Assembly (NCBI GenBank): GCA_051747785.1
Contig: JBNJGN010000002.1
Span: forward strand, 1-42,562
Reading direction: 5' to 3'
DNA from: Patescibacteria group bacterium
GTDB taxonomy: Bacteria > Patescibacteriota > Minisyncoccia > Phycocordibacterales > CSBR16-193
DNA length: 42,562 nt
The translations under genes and the position numbers were made by a program. The notes below the pieces were generated by a model that was not told the DNA's origin, ran no database searches, and was given only the letters and a program-made list of their open reading frames with translations. Shown in pieces: positions 32,891 to 40,450 of this stretch. How positions within the stretch are numbered: position 1 is the stretch's first letter; each line of letters begins with the position of its first letter.

Positions 32891-34180
32891 ATGAGGCAAT
32901 CAAGACTTTTTACTAAAACAAGAAAAGAATCACCTTCTTCAAGCGCGTCAAGAAACGCTGAACTTTTGGTCAGAGGAGGTTTTATTCATCAGGAAATGGC
33001 GGGAGTTTATGCTTATCTGCCACTGGGTCTTAGGGTCATGCGCTCCATTATCCAGATAATACGTGAGGAAATGAATGAGGCGGGCGGACAAGAATTAGAG
33101 CTTACTGCTTTACAGAAGAAAGAAACCTGGGAACTGTCAGGCAGGTGGGATGATAATGTTGTTGACGATTGGTTTAAAACGGAGCTCAAGAATAAAACCT
33201 TGTTAGGTCTTGGTTTTACCCATGAAGAACCCTTGGCTTCTTTGATGAAAGAACATATATCATCTTATAAAGATCTTCCGGTTTATGCTTACCAGTTTCA
33301 AACTAAATTTAGAAATGAGCTGAGAGCTAAGTCCGGTATTATGAGAGGAAGAGAGTTTCTTATGAAAGATCTTTATGACTTTTCTTCAAGCAAAGAAGAA
33401 CATGAAGAGTTTTATGAAAAGATGAAAGGGGTGTACAAAAATGTTTTTGACAGAGTGGGTATCGGTGATAAAACCTATATGACCATCTCTTCCGGCGGGT
33501 CATTTTCCAAGTATTCTTTTGAGTTTCAAACTATATCTGAAGCGGGTGAAGACACAATTCTATATGACGAAGATCTCGGTTTGGCTATAAATAAAGATGA
33601 TCATTCTCAAGAATTACTGGATGATTTCAATATTGAAAAAGAGACCTGTAACTTTAAAGAGACCAAGGCTATAGAGGTTGGCGATATATACACTCTGGGA
33701 GAGAAGTTCTCCAAAGCCATAGGTCTTACATATAAAGATAAAAAAGGTAAAGAGCATTATGTTTTTATGGGTTCCTACGGAATAGGTGTTCCCAGGTTGA
33801 TGGGGACTATAGTGGAAGTTTTTGCCGACGACAAGGGTATATGCTGGCCTCTTTCTGTGGCCCCTTTTTCTTTTCATCTGTTGGAGATAGGAAAGAGTGA
33901 AGAGGTAAACCGTTTTGCTTCAGAGGTTTATAACTCTCTTTCCGAGAGAGGGGTAGAGGTGCTGTGGGATGATAGAGGTAGGAGTGCAGGTGAGAAATTT
34001 GCGGATGCGGATCTTATCGGCATTCCTTATCAGATAATAGTCAGCGATAAAGGAATTTCAGGTGGAGAGGTTGAGTTAAAAGAAAGGGCGACCGGAAAAA
34101 GGTCTTTTATAAATGAAGCGGATATAGCGGATACCGCCTTAAAGATAGTTAAAAATAATAATGCTAAAAAAGGTTCATAA
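32891..34180 (+). CDS. proS: Proline--tRNA ligase, short bacterial-type form lacking the INS editing domain
   Basis: MRQSRLFTKTRKE...LLVRGGFIHQEMAGVYAYLPLG N-terminus, motif 2 FRNELRAKSGIMRGREFLMKD and motif 3 GSYGIGVPRLMG. It is only 429 aa. Confidence 0.9.
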   Translation: MRQSRLFTKTRKESPSSSASRNAELLVRGGFIHQEMAGVYAYLPLGLRVMRSIIQIIREEMNEAGGQELELTALQKKETWELSGRWDDNVVDDWFKTELKNKTLLGLGFTHEEPLASLMKEHISSYKDLPVYAYQFQTKFRNELRAKSGIMRGREFLMKDLYDFSSSKEEHEEFYEKMKGVYKNVFDRVGIGDKTYMTISSGGSFSKYSFEFQTISEAGEDTILYDEDLGLAINKDDHSQELLDDFNIEKETCNFKETKAIEVGDIYTLGEKFSKAIGLTYKDKKGKEHYVFMGSYGIGVPRLMGTIVEVFADDKGICWPLSVAPFSFHLLEIGKSEEVNRFASEVYNSLSERGVEVLWDDRGRSAGEKFADADLIGIPYQIIVSDKGISGGEVELKERATGKRSFINEADIADTALKIVKNNNAKKGS

Positions 34181-35213
34181 ATGGTTTTCCTATGATATGG
34201 GTATTGATCTGGGTACTGCTAATACCCTTGTTCATGTTGCCGGTAAGGGAATTGTAATTAACGAACCTTCAGTAGTGGCCGTGAATCAGAAAACAGGGCA
34301 GGTGGTTGCCGTTGGCTCCAAGGCTAAGCAAATGGTAGGAAGGACTCCGGGGCATATTGTTGCCGTGCGACCACTGGTTGATGGAGTGGTTTCTGATTTT
34401 GAGGTAACTGAAGAGATGATGTCTTACCTTCTAAACAAGGCGCAAGGAGGTAAAAGAACACTTTTTGGTCCCAGGGTGGTTGTGGGTGTTCCTTCGGGTA
34501 TAACTAATGTGGAAACGCGTGCGGTTAGAGATGCGGCCAAAAGCGCTGGAGCCAGGGAGGTTCATATTATTGAAGAGCCTATGGCTGCGGCAATCGGCAC
34601 AGGTTTGGCCGTTAAAGACCCCGTAGGTACAATGATAGTTGACATCGGGGGTGGGACTTCGGATATAGCCGTTATTTCTCTCGGAGGTGTGGTGCAATCA
34701 AGAAATTTAAGGATAGCGGGAGAGCATCTGAACCAAGATATAATTTCCTATATCAGAAGTGAGTTTAAAATATTAATAGGTGATAAGACGGCCGAGAGTC
34801 TGAAAATAGCGATCGGTTCTCTTATACCGGCTGAAAAACCTCTAGAGGCGTCAATAAAGGGAAGAGACCTTGTTAGCGGACTTCCCAGAGAAGTGGTAGT
34901 TACCGATGCTGATGTTAGAGAAGCTCTCTCTTCTTCTGTCGATACCATTGTTGAGACCGTAAAGGAGGTTCTGGAGATAACTCCTCCGGAAGTTCTTTCT
35001 GATGTTATGAACAGGGGTATCTATTTATCCGGAGGAGGTGCGCTGTTAAAAGGACTCTCAGATATTCTTTATGAAAATACCGGAATAAAAGTATACATAG
35101 CCGACGATCCTTTAACTTCTGTAGTAAAGGGTGCAGGTGTTGTTTTGGAAAATACTGAAGAGTATCGGGAAGTATTAATAGAAAATGAAAATGAGCTACC
35201 TCCGGCAACATAA
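34161..35213 (+). CDS. mreB: Rod shape-determining actin homolog MreB
   Basis: MLKKVHKWFSYDMGIDLGTANTLVHVAGKGIVINEPSVVA is collinear with E. coli MreB from residue 1. It overlaps the proS 3' end by 20 nt. Confidence 0.95.
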   Translation: MLKKVHKWFSYDMGIDLGTANTLVHVAGKGIVINEPSVVAVNQKTGQVVAVGSKAKQMVGRTPGHIVAVRPLVDGVVSDFEVTEEMMSYLLNKAQGGKRTLFGPRVVVGVPSGITNVETRAVRDAAKSAGAREVHIIEEPMAAAIGTGLAVKDPVGTMIVDIGGGTSDIAVISLGGVVQSRNLRIAGEHLNQDIISYIRSEFKILIGDKTAESLKIAIGSLIPAEKPLEASIKGRDLVSGLPREVVVTDADVREALSSSVDTIVETVKEVLEITPPEVLSDVMNRGIYLSGGGALLKGLSDILYENTGIKVYIADDPLTSVVKGAGVVLENTEEYREVLIENENELPPAT

Positions 35214-35994
35214 TAGAAAAGGTCAAAATAAGAGAGGCTTATGGATATTTTTGGGAAGTGCCCTAATACTTTTGGTTTTGGTCTTTTATATAAACCCCCA
35301 TATTCTTTCTAATACGGCACATTCCGTCTTCGGGCCCGTTTGGAGGTTGGCTTTAAATAGTAATGATACCCTTTCTTTTTACTCTTCTTTTTTGGGAAGC
35401 AAAGAAGAGCTTGCCCGAGAGAATAAAGAACTGGAAGAAGAGCTGGATCTTTTGAAATCGGTTTTCATGGATAAAGAAATTATTAAAAAAGAGAACAAAG
35501 AACTTCGTGAGTCTTTAAATATGAAACCACGAGAGGACGCTGTTCTTGCAAGTGTATTGGCTGGTCCTCCTCGAGTTCCTTATGATGTTTTAATAATAAA
35601 CGGGGGTAAGGATATGGGTTTTTCTTCCGGTGACAAAGTGCTTTTTGGCGAAGTTGTTCTTTTGGGGGAGATAGATGAGGTTTACGGCAGTACTTCAAGA
35701 GTAACTCTTTATTCTTCACCTGGGATGGAAAGTGATGTTCATTTGGATGATGGAGAAGGGACCGTAACAGCTTATGGCCGTGGAGGCGGTAAATTTAATT
35801 TAGAGTTAAGTAGAAATAGTGAAGTAAATAAGGGGGCTTATCTTTTAAAAACGGGAGACCGTCTATTTTTGCTGGGAGAGGTGGTGGATGTTACTTTGCC
35901 GGAAACAGGGGCTGTTAAGTTGGCAATAGCACGAGTTCCTGTAAATATATTTTCACTGAGAAAGGTTTTTGTTCTTCCATCGGATAAAATATGA
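35185..35994 (+). CDS. mreC: Rod shape-determining protein MreC
   Basis: TM anchor, coiled coil (EELARENKELEEELDLLK) and a beta-rich C-terminal domain. It sits between mreB and mreD and overlaps mreB by 29 nt. Confidence 0.7.
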   Translation: MKMSYLRQHNRKGQNKRGLWIFLGSALILLVLVFYINPHILSNTAHSVFGPVWRLALNSNDTLSFYSSFLGSKEELARENKELEEELDLLKSVFMDKEIIKKENKELRESLNMKPREDAVLASVLAGPPRVPYDVLIINGGKDMGFSSGDKVLFGEVVLLGEIDEVYGSTSRVTLYSSPGMESDVHLDDGEGTVTAYGRGGGKFNLELSRNSEVNKGAYLLKTGDRLFLLGEVVDVTLPETGAVKLAIARVPVNIFSLRKVFVLPSDKI

Positions 35995-36272
35995 AAGAGG
36001 GTACCTTTAAAGGAGAATTAGTGATAGGCAGGATCGTTATAAGCTTGCTGTTGGTTTTTTTCGTGGTCTTAACTCCGTGGTGGCTTTATGTAAGTTTGCT
36101 CGTTTTTTTTATCTTCTTTTTTTCAAGATACTACGAAGCTCTTTTCTTGGGGGTGCTTATAGATTCTCTTTATGGACCTTCCGTAATGCTACATTTCCCA
36201 GCCTTTTTTACTGTTAGTATTGCAATTCTTCTTGTTATATCCATTTCCTTCAGAGGTAAACTCTTTCGCTGA
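35991..36272 (+). CDS. mreD: Small membrane protein, MreD by position
   Basis: 93 aa with 3 hydrophobic helices. It has a 4-nt overlap with the mreC stop and precedes PBP2. Confidence 0.5.
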   Translation: MKEGTFKGELVIGRIVISLLLVFFVVLTPWWLYVSLLVFFIFFFSRYYEALFLGVLIDSLYGPSVMLHFPAFFTVSIAILLVISISFRGKLFR

Positions 36273-36281
36273 GTCTTTTTG

Positions 36282-36290
36282 TGTTATAAT
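36282..36290 (+). promoter_or_regulatory. Extended -10 box TGTTATAAT, 8 nt upstream of ATG 36299
   Basis: Exact TGnTATAAT match immediately upstream of the PBP2 gene. Confidence 0.45.
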
Positions 36291-36298
36291 TACCGCTG

Positions 36299-37990
36299 AT
36301 GTGGAAAAGGGGGTTGAAAAAGAACAGAGAAATATATCCGGACGAGATATTTGTAGATTCTGCCAATCCATGCGGTTTGGATTTGAACCAAATGGAGGGC
36401 AAGATAGAGAAACCTATATCTTCCAGGGCTTTTTGGGGAGTGGGATTTGCTTTTATCTGTATAGCGACCATTTTTATTTCAAAAGCTTGGGCTCTACAAG
36501 TTGTGGAAGGTAGTCAGTATACTGCCATAAGTGAAGAGAACCGTTTTCGTTATGTGCCTATTTTATCGGAAAGGGGATTTTTGTATTCAAATGACGAAGA
36601 AGAATTGGCTTGGAACGAAGTGAACGAAGAAGATGATCTTCGTCGTAAATATACTGAAAAAGAGGGATTTTCACATCTTTTGGGTTATAGTAAGCCACCA
36701 AAGAAAGATTCTTCCGGAAATTATTACAGAGAAAGATACGTTGGAGTAGACGGAGTTGAAGAAATATTTGACAAGAAGCTTACCGGAGAGAATGGACTGG
36801 TTTTCATAGAGCACGATGCACAAGGGGCTGTTCTTTCAGAGAACTATCTCAAAAATCCACGTTCCGGTGATAATATTGAACTTTCTGTTGATTCTGAAAT
36901 GCAAGAGGCGATGTACTCCTTTTTGAAGGAGGTTGCGGAAGATAATGATTTCAAAGGGGGCGCCGGTCTTATAATGGATATTGAGACAGGGGAATTAATT
37001 GTTGCCACAAGTTTTCCCGAATACGATTCTTCTATTCTCTCCGAGGGCCAAGACGAAGACGCCATTCAAGGGTTTGTAGAAGATGAGCGTTCTCCTTTTA
37101 TGAACAGGTTCGCCGACACCGCTTTTACTCCGGGTTCGGTGGTGAAACCGTTTGTGGCCGCCGGGGCCCTTGAGGAGGGGGTGGTAGAGGTAGAAGAACG
37201 TCTTGATAGCCCACTGACTATTTCTATACCTAATCCGTGGGATCCCTCAAGACCTACTGTTTTCAGGGACTGGCGATCGCATGGAAGTGTTAATTTTCAC
37301 GAAGCCCTTGCCGTGTCTTCCAATGTTTATTTCTACAAAGTTGGAGGCGGATATAAGGATATGGAAGGCTTAGGGATCTCAAGGATAGAGGAATACATGA
37401 ATATCTTTGGCCTCGGAGAGAAAACGGGCAGTAATCTTTCCGAGGCTTCCGGTAATATTCCTACACCGATCTGGAAACATGAGAATTTTGAAGATGGGGT
37501 TTGGCGCGTGGGTGATACGTATAACACTTCAATAGGGCAGTTCGGTTTCAGGCTTACTCCTTTGCAATTGGTCAGAGGGATAGCCTCAATTGCCAACGGA
37601 GGTTATCTTCTACACCCCGTAATAGTCTCGGAAGAGGAGGCTGTAAAAGAAAAGATCAGTGTAAGTTCTGATACCTTATCAGAGGTGAGAGAAGGTATGA
37701 GGATGGCTGTTACCGAGGGTACGGCCACGGGGCTTAGTGTTCCTTTTTTGGAAGTTGCCGCTAAAACGGGAACGGCTCAGATTGGAGCTGGTAATAAGTA
37801 CATGAATTCTTGGATAGTCGGATTTTTCCCATATGAAGAACCTAAATATGCATTTACAGTCGTTTTGGACGAAGGGCCTGCCGGAACTCTGATGGGAGGA
37901 GTTTACGTAATGAATAAAATGCTCTATTGGATGCGAGACAATGCTCCTGAGTATATAGGAGGTGACGAAGATGCTGCTTTGAGAGATTAG
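36299..37990 (+). CDS. mrdA: Penicillin-binding protein 2 (class B transpeptidase, elongasome)
   Basis: SxxK (GSVVKP), SxN (SSN) and KTGTA motifs, with an N-terminal TM. It follows mreBCD. Confidence 0.85.
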   Translation: MWKRGLKKNREIYPDEIFVDSANPCGLDLNQMEGKIEKPISSRAFWGVGFAFICIATIFISKAWALQVVEGSQYTAISEENRFRYVPILSERGFLYSNDEEELAWNEVNEEDDLRRKYTEKEGFSHLLGYSKPPKKDSSGNYYRERYVGVDGVEEIFDKKLTGENGLVFIEHDAQGAVLSENYLKNPRSGDNIELSVDSEMQEAMYSFLKEVAEDNDFKGGAGLIMDIETGELIVATSFPEYDSSILSEGQDEDAIQGFVEDERSPFMNRFADTAFTPGSVVKPFVAAGALEEGVVEVEERLDSPLTISIPNPWDPSRPTVFRDWRSHGSVNFHEALAVSSNVYFYKVGGGYKDMEGLGISRIEEYMNIFGLGEKTGSNLSEASGNIPTPIWKHENFEDGVWRVGDTYNTSIGQFGFRLTPLQLVRGIASIANGGYLLHPVIVSEEEAVKEKISVSSDTLSEVREGMRMAVTEGTATGLSVPFLEVAAKTGTAQIGAGNKYMNSWIVGFFPYEEPKYAFTVVLDEGPAGTLMGGVYVMNKMLYWMRDNAPEYIGGDEDAALRD

Positions 37991-38115
37991 GGTCATTTCA
38001 ATATTATCTCTGTTTGATTTTTGTCTTCGGCTCGTCTATAATTCCATGAACTGGCAATTATTAAGAATAAAAGAGGTGCTGAGCTGTAAGTACCTGTTGA
38101 TAATTTATAGAATAT

Positions 38116-38592
38116 ATGAATAATAAAGATCAAAAAGAACATCTTACTCAAGACAAGTATGAAGAATTCAAAAAAGAGCTTGAGCATTTAAAGAAAGAGA
38201 AACGAAAAGAGGTTGCGGAGCAACTTGAATATGCCAAATCTCTTGGGGATCTTTCGGAAAATGCTGAGTATCACGAAGCTCGAGATCTGCAGGCGCAGGT
38301 GGAGAACAGGATATCTCATCTGGAAACAATGTTGCAGAATGCGGAGATCATTACTTCAGACAAGGGTTCCGATACGGTTACCGTTGGTTCAAGAGTTATT
38401 GTTCAACATTCGGCAAAGAAAGAACCTATGGATCTTAGAATAGTTGGATCGGAAGAAATAGATACCAATGTTGGAAAGATATCCTTTAATTCTCCTTTGG
38501 GAGAAGGGCTTATGGGTAAAAAGAAGAACGACAAAGTGGTCATAAATACTCCCAAGGGTCCGGCGGAGTATACCGTTCTGGATATTAAATAA
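38116..38592 (+). CDS. greA: Transcription elongation factor GreA
   Basis: LGDLSENAEYHEARDLQAQVENRISHLE coiled-coil signature and a C-terminal FKBP-like domain. Confidence 0.95.
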   Translation: MNNKDQKEHLTQDKYEEFKKELEHLKKEKRKEVAEQLEYAKSLGDLSENAEYHEARDLQAQVENRISHLETMLQNAEIITSDKGSDTVTVGSRVIVQHSAKKEPMDLRIVGSEEIDTNVGKISFNSPLGEGLMGKKKNDKVVINTPKGPAEYTVLDIK

Positions 38593-38614
38593 AAAAGAAA
38601 AAATATCTTTCATT

Positions 38615-38640
38615 AAAACCGCCCTACAGGGCGGTTTTTT
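38615..38640 (+). terminator. Rho-independent terminator after greA
   Basis: aaaaccgccc (38615-38624), loop taca, gggcggtttt (38629-38638), with the T-run extending to 38640. Confidence 0.8.
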
Positions 38641-38643
38641 ACT

Positions 38644-38716
38644 GTTGTGGATAGTATAGGTAATGCAAAGTGGCAAAAGGTGGTATATAATGACACTCAG
38701 GTGGAAGATAGTGGAA
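38644..38716 (+). promoter_or_regulatory. mraZ/dcw promoter region with five GTGG-core direct repeats (MraZ-box-like) around a -10 TATAAT (38686-38691)
   Basis: GTGG at 38647, 38670, 38680, 38701 and 38711. Two pairs are spaced exactly 10 bp apart (caAAGTGGca/AAAGGTGGta and caGGTGGAAgaTAGTGGAA). Confidence 0.5.
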
Positions 38717-38736
38717 TATATCCTCCGCCAAGACAT

Positions 38737-39171
38737 ATGTTAATAGGAGAGTATACTCATACTATAGATAACAAAAAACGGGTAGCATTACCCGCTAAAT
38801 TCCGAAAAGAAGTGGGTAAGAAAATGGTCATAACTCACGGATTGGATGGATGTCTTTTTCTTTATCCATTTTCGGAGTGGAAGGACATTTCCAAAAAGAT
38901 AGCTGATATGGGTATGGCTCAAGCCGACACACGTGGCTTTAATCGCTTTATTCTGTCAGGCGCGGTAGAGGTTGAGGCTGATTCTTTGGGTAGAATACTA
39001 ATTCCGGAATTTCTTTGCGAATTTGCTGGGCTTTCCGGAAAAGTTGTTTTTGCCGGAGTTCATAGTCGTGTTGAGATATGGGATGAGGTCAGATGGAAGA
39101 AACACAAGGAGCATATTAAAAGTCAGGCCGCTGAAATGGCTGAAAAGCTTGGTGAGACGGGTCTGCTTTAA
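38737..39171 (+). CDS. mraZ: Transcriptional regulator MraZ
   Basis: MLIGEYTHTIDNKKRVALPAKFRKE and a second DSLGRILIPEFL half (duplicated SpoVT/AbrB-like fold). The GTG 38647 start in the ORF track is rejected. Confidence 0.9.
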   Translation: MLIGEYTHTIDNKKRVALPAKFRKEVGKKMVITHGLDGCLFLYPFSEWKDISKKIADMGMAQADTRGFNRFILSGAVEVEADSLGRILIPEFLCEFAGLSGKVVFAGVHSRVEIWDEVRWKKHKEHIKSQAAEMAEKLGETGLL

Positions 39172-39176
39172 GGAAT

Positions 39177-40067
39177 ATGCATGTATCTGTTCTTTTAAAA
39201 GAAGTAGTGGAGAATCTTTCAATAAGATCCGGTGATAACGTTGTTGACGCTACGCTGGGAGGAGGGGGACTACCGAAGGCACTTTGTGAGAAGTACGGTA
39301 AAGATATCAACATTATCGGTATAGATGCCGATGAAGATGCGGTTAGAAGATCGGAGGAAATAATGAAGGACTCGGATTGTAACTACACTTTCAAGGTTGC
39401 CAACTTTGCCGATATTAAAAGCTTGCTTGGTAGTCTGGGGTATGAGCAAGTAGAAAGAATCGTCTTTGATCTCGGTCTTTCTTCTTTTCAGCTTGAAGAT
39501 TCCGGAAGGGGGTTTAGTTTCCAGAGAGAAGAACCTCTAAAAATGACCTTTTCCAAAGATGGCTTTCCTGAAGATCTCTCTGCTTATGATGTGGTTAATA
39601 GCTGGGGTGAAGACGTTCTCAAGGTCATAATCTCAAGTTATGGAGAAGAGCGCTTTGCTGGAAGGATAAGCCGAGGAATAGTTGAATCTAGAAGCGAAGG
39701 ACCGATAAGAACGACTTCTGATCTTGTGAAGATCATAGAGGACTCCGTACCCGAAGGTTACAAGAGGCGCCGTTTACATCCCGCTACTAAAACCTTTCAG
39801 GCTATAAGGATAGCCGTTAACGATGAAATAAGCGCATTGGAGAATGGACTTGTTGGCGCCTTTGATCGTCTTGCTCCGGCAGGTCGAATGGCGGTCATAT
39901 CATTTCATGGTTTGGAAGATACCGTTACAAAGCGATTTTTCTTGGCAAAAGAAAAAGAAGGTTTCGCTAAGCGAGTTTTTAAAAAACCAATAAGACCTTC
40001 TCGTGAAGAAGTGCTCGCTAATCCGCGTTCCAGAAGTGCCAAACTGAGACTTTTAGAAAAAATATAA
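39177..40067 (+). CDS. rsmH: 16S rRNA (cytosine1402-N4)-methyltransferase RsmH (MraW)
   Basis: HVSVLLKEVVENL...DATLGGGG, DLGLSSFQL and RSRSAKLR blocks. SD-like AAGGA lies 3 nt upstream of the ATG. Confidence 0.95.
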   Translation: MHVSVLLKEVVENLSIRSGDNVVDATLGGGGLPKALCEKYGKDINIIGIDADEDAVRRSEEIMKDSDCNYTFKVANFADIKSLLGSLGYEQVERIVFDLGLSSFQLEDSGRGFSFQREEPLKMTFSKDGFPEDLSAYDVVNSWGEDVLKVIISSYGEERFAGRISRGIVESRSEGPIRTTSDLVKIIEDSVPEGYKRRRLHPATKTFQAIRIAVNDEISALENGLVGAFDRLAPAGRMAVISFHGLEDTVTKRFFLAKEKEGFAKRVFKKPIRPSREEVLANPRSRSAKLRLLEKI

Positions 40068-40081
40068 TTTAATAAAATATT

Positions 40082-40441
40082 ATGGCAACGAAGATCAGCA
40101 ATAACATAATAATATTTGCGGTTCGCCTCTTTGATAAAGAGCAGTATGCTAGAAGGAAGGTTCTGATAATGTTCTTGTCTGCCGTATTTCTGTTTTTATG
40201 TGTTGCTTATTTTTCTTTACTAATTCAGACTATTTTCAACGTTGTTGAGCATCGCGATCTTGAGGCCGAGATCCCTAAATTTAATGCGGAGCTTCAACAG
40301 AAAAAATTTGAATATATCTCTCTTCGTAATGATGTTGACAAAGAAGAAGCCGAAAAAATGGGTTTGGTAGCCTTGGAAGATGATTCGGTTGAGTATATAA
40401 CGAGAAATTCCATAGGTTTTCAAACTGAGAGTGGAATATAA
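40082..40441 (+). CDS. ftsL: FtsL-like cell-division protein (by position and architecture)
   Basis: 119 aa with a single TM (MFLSAVFLFLCVAYFSLLI) followed by a short coiled coil. It sits between rsmH and ftsI. Confidence 0.5.
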   Translation: MATKISNNIIIFAVRLFDKEQYARRKVLIMFLSAVFLFLCVAYFSLLIQTIFNVVEHRDLEAEIPKFNAELQQKKFEYISLRNDVDKEEAEKMGLVALEDDSVEYITRNSIGFQTESGI

Positions 40442-40450
40442 ATAAAGTAA

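Noticed and set aside
38647-38736. A GTG-initiated extension of mraZ (MDSIGNAKWQKVV...).
   Set aside because: The MraZ family starts at the M-x-x-G-x-Y/F...D-x-K-x-R block, which is ATG 38737. The extension covers the -10 box and the direct-repeat operator.
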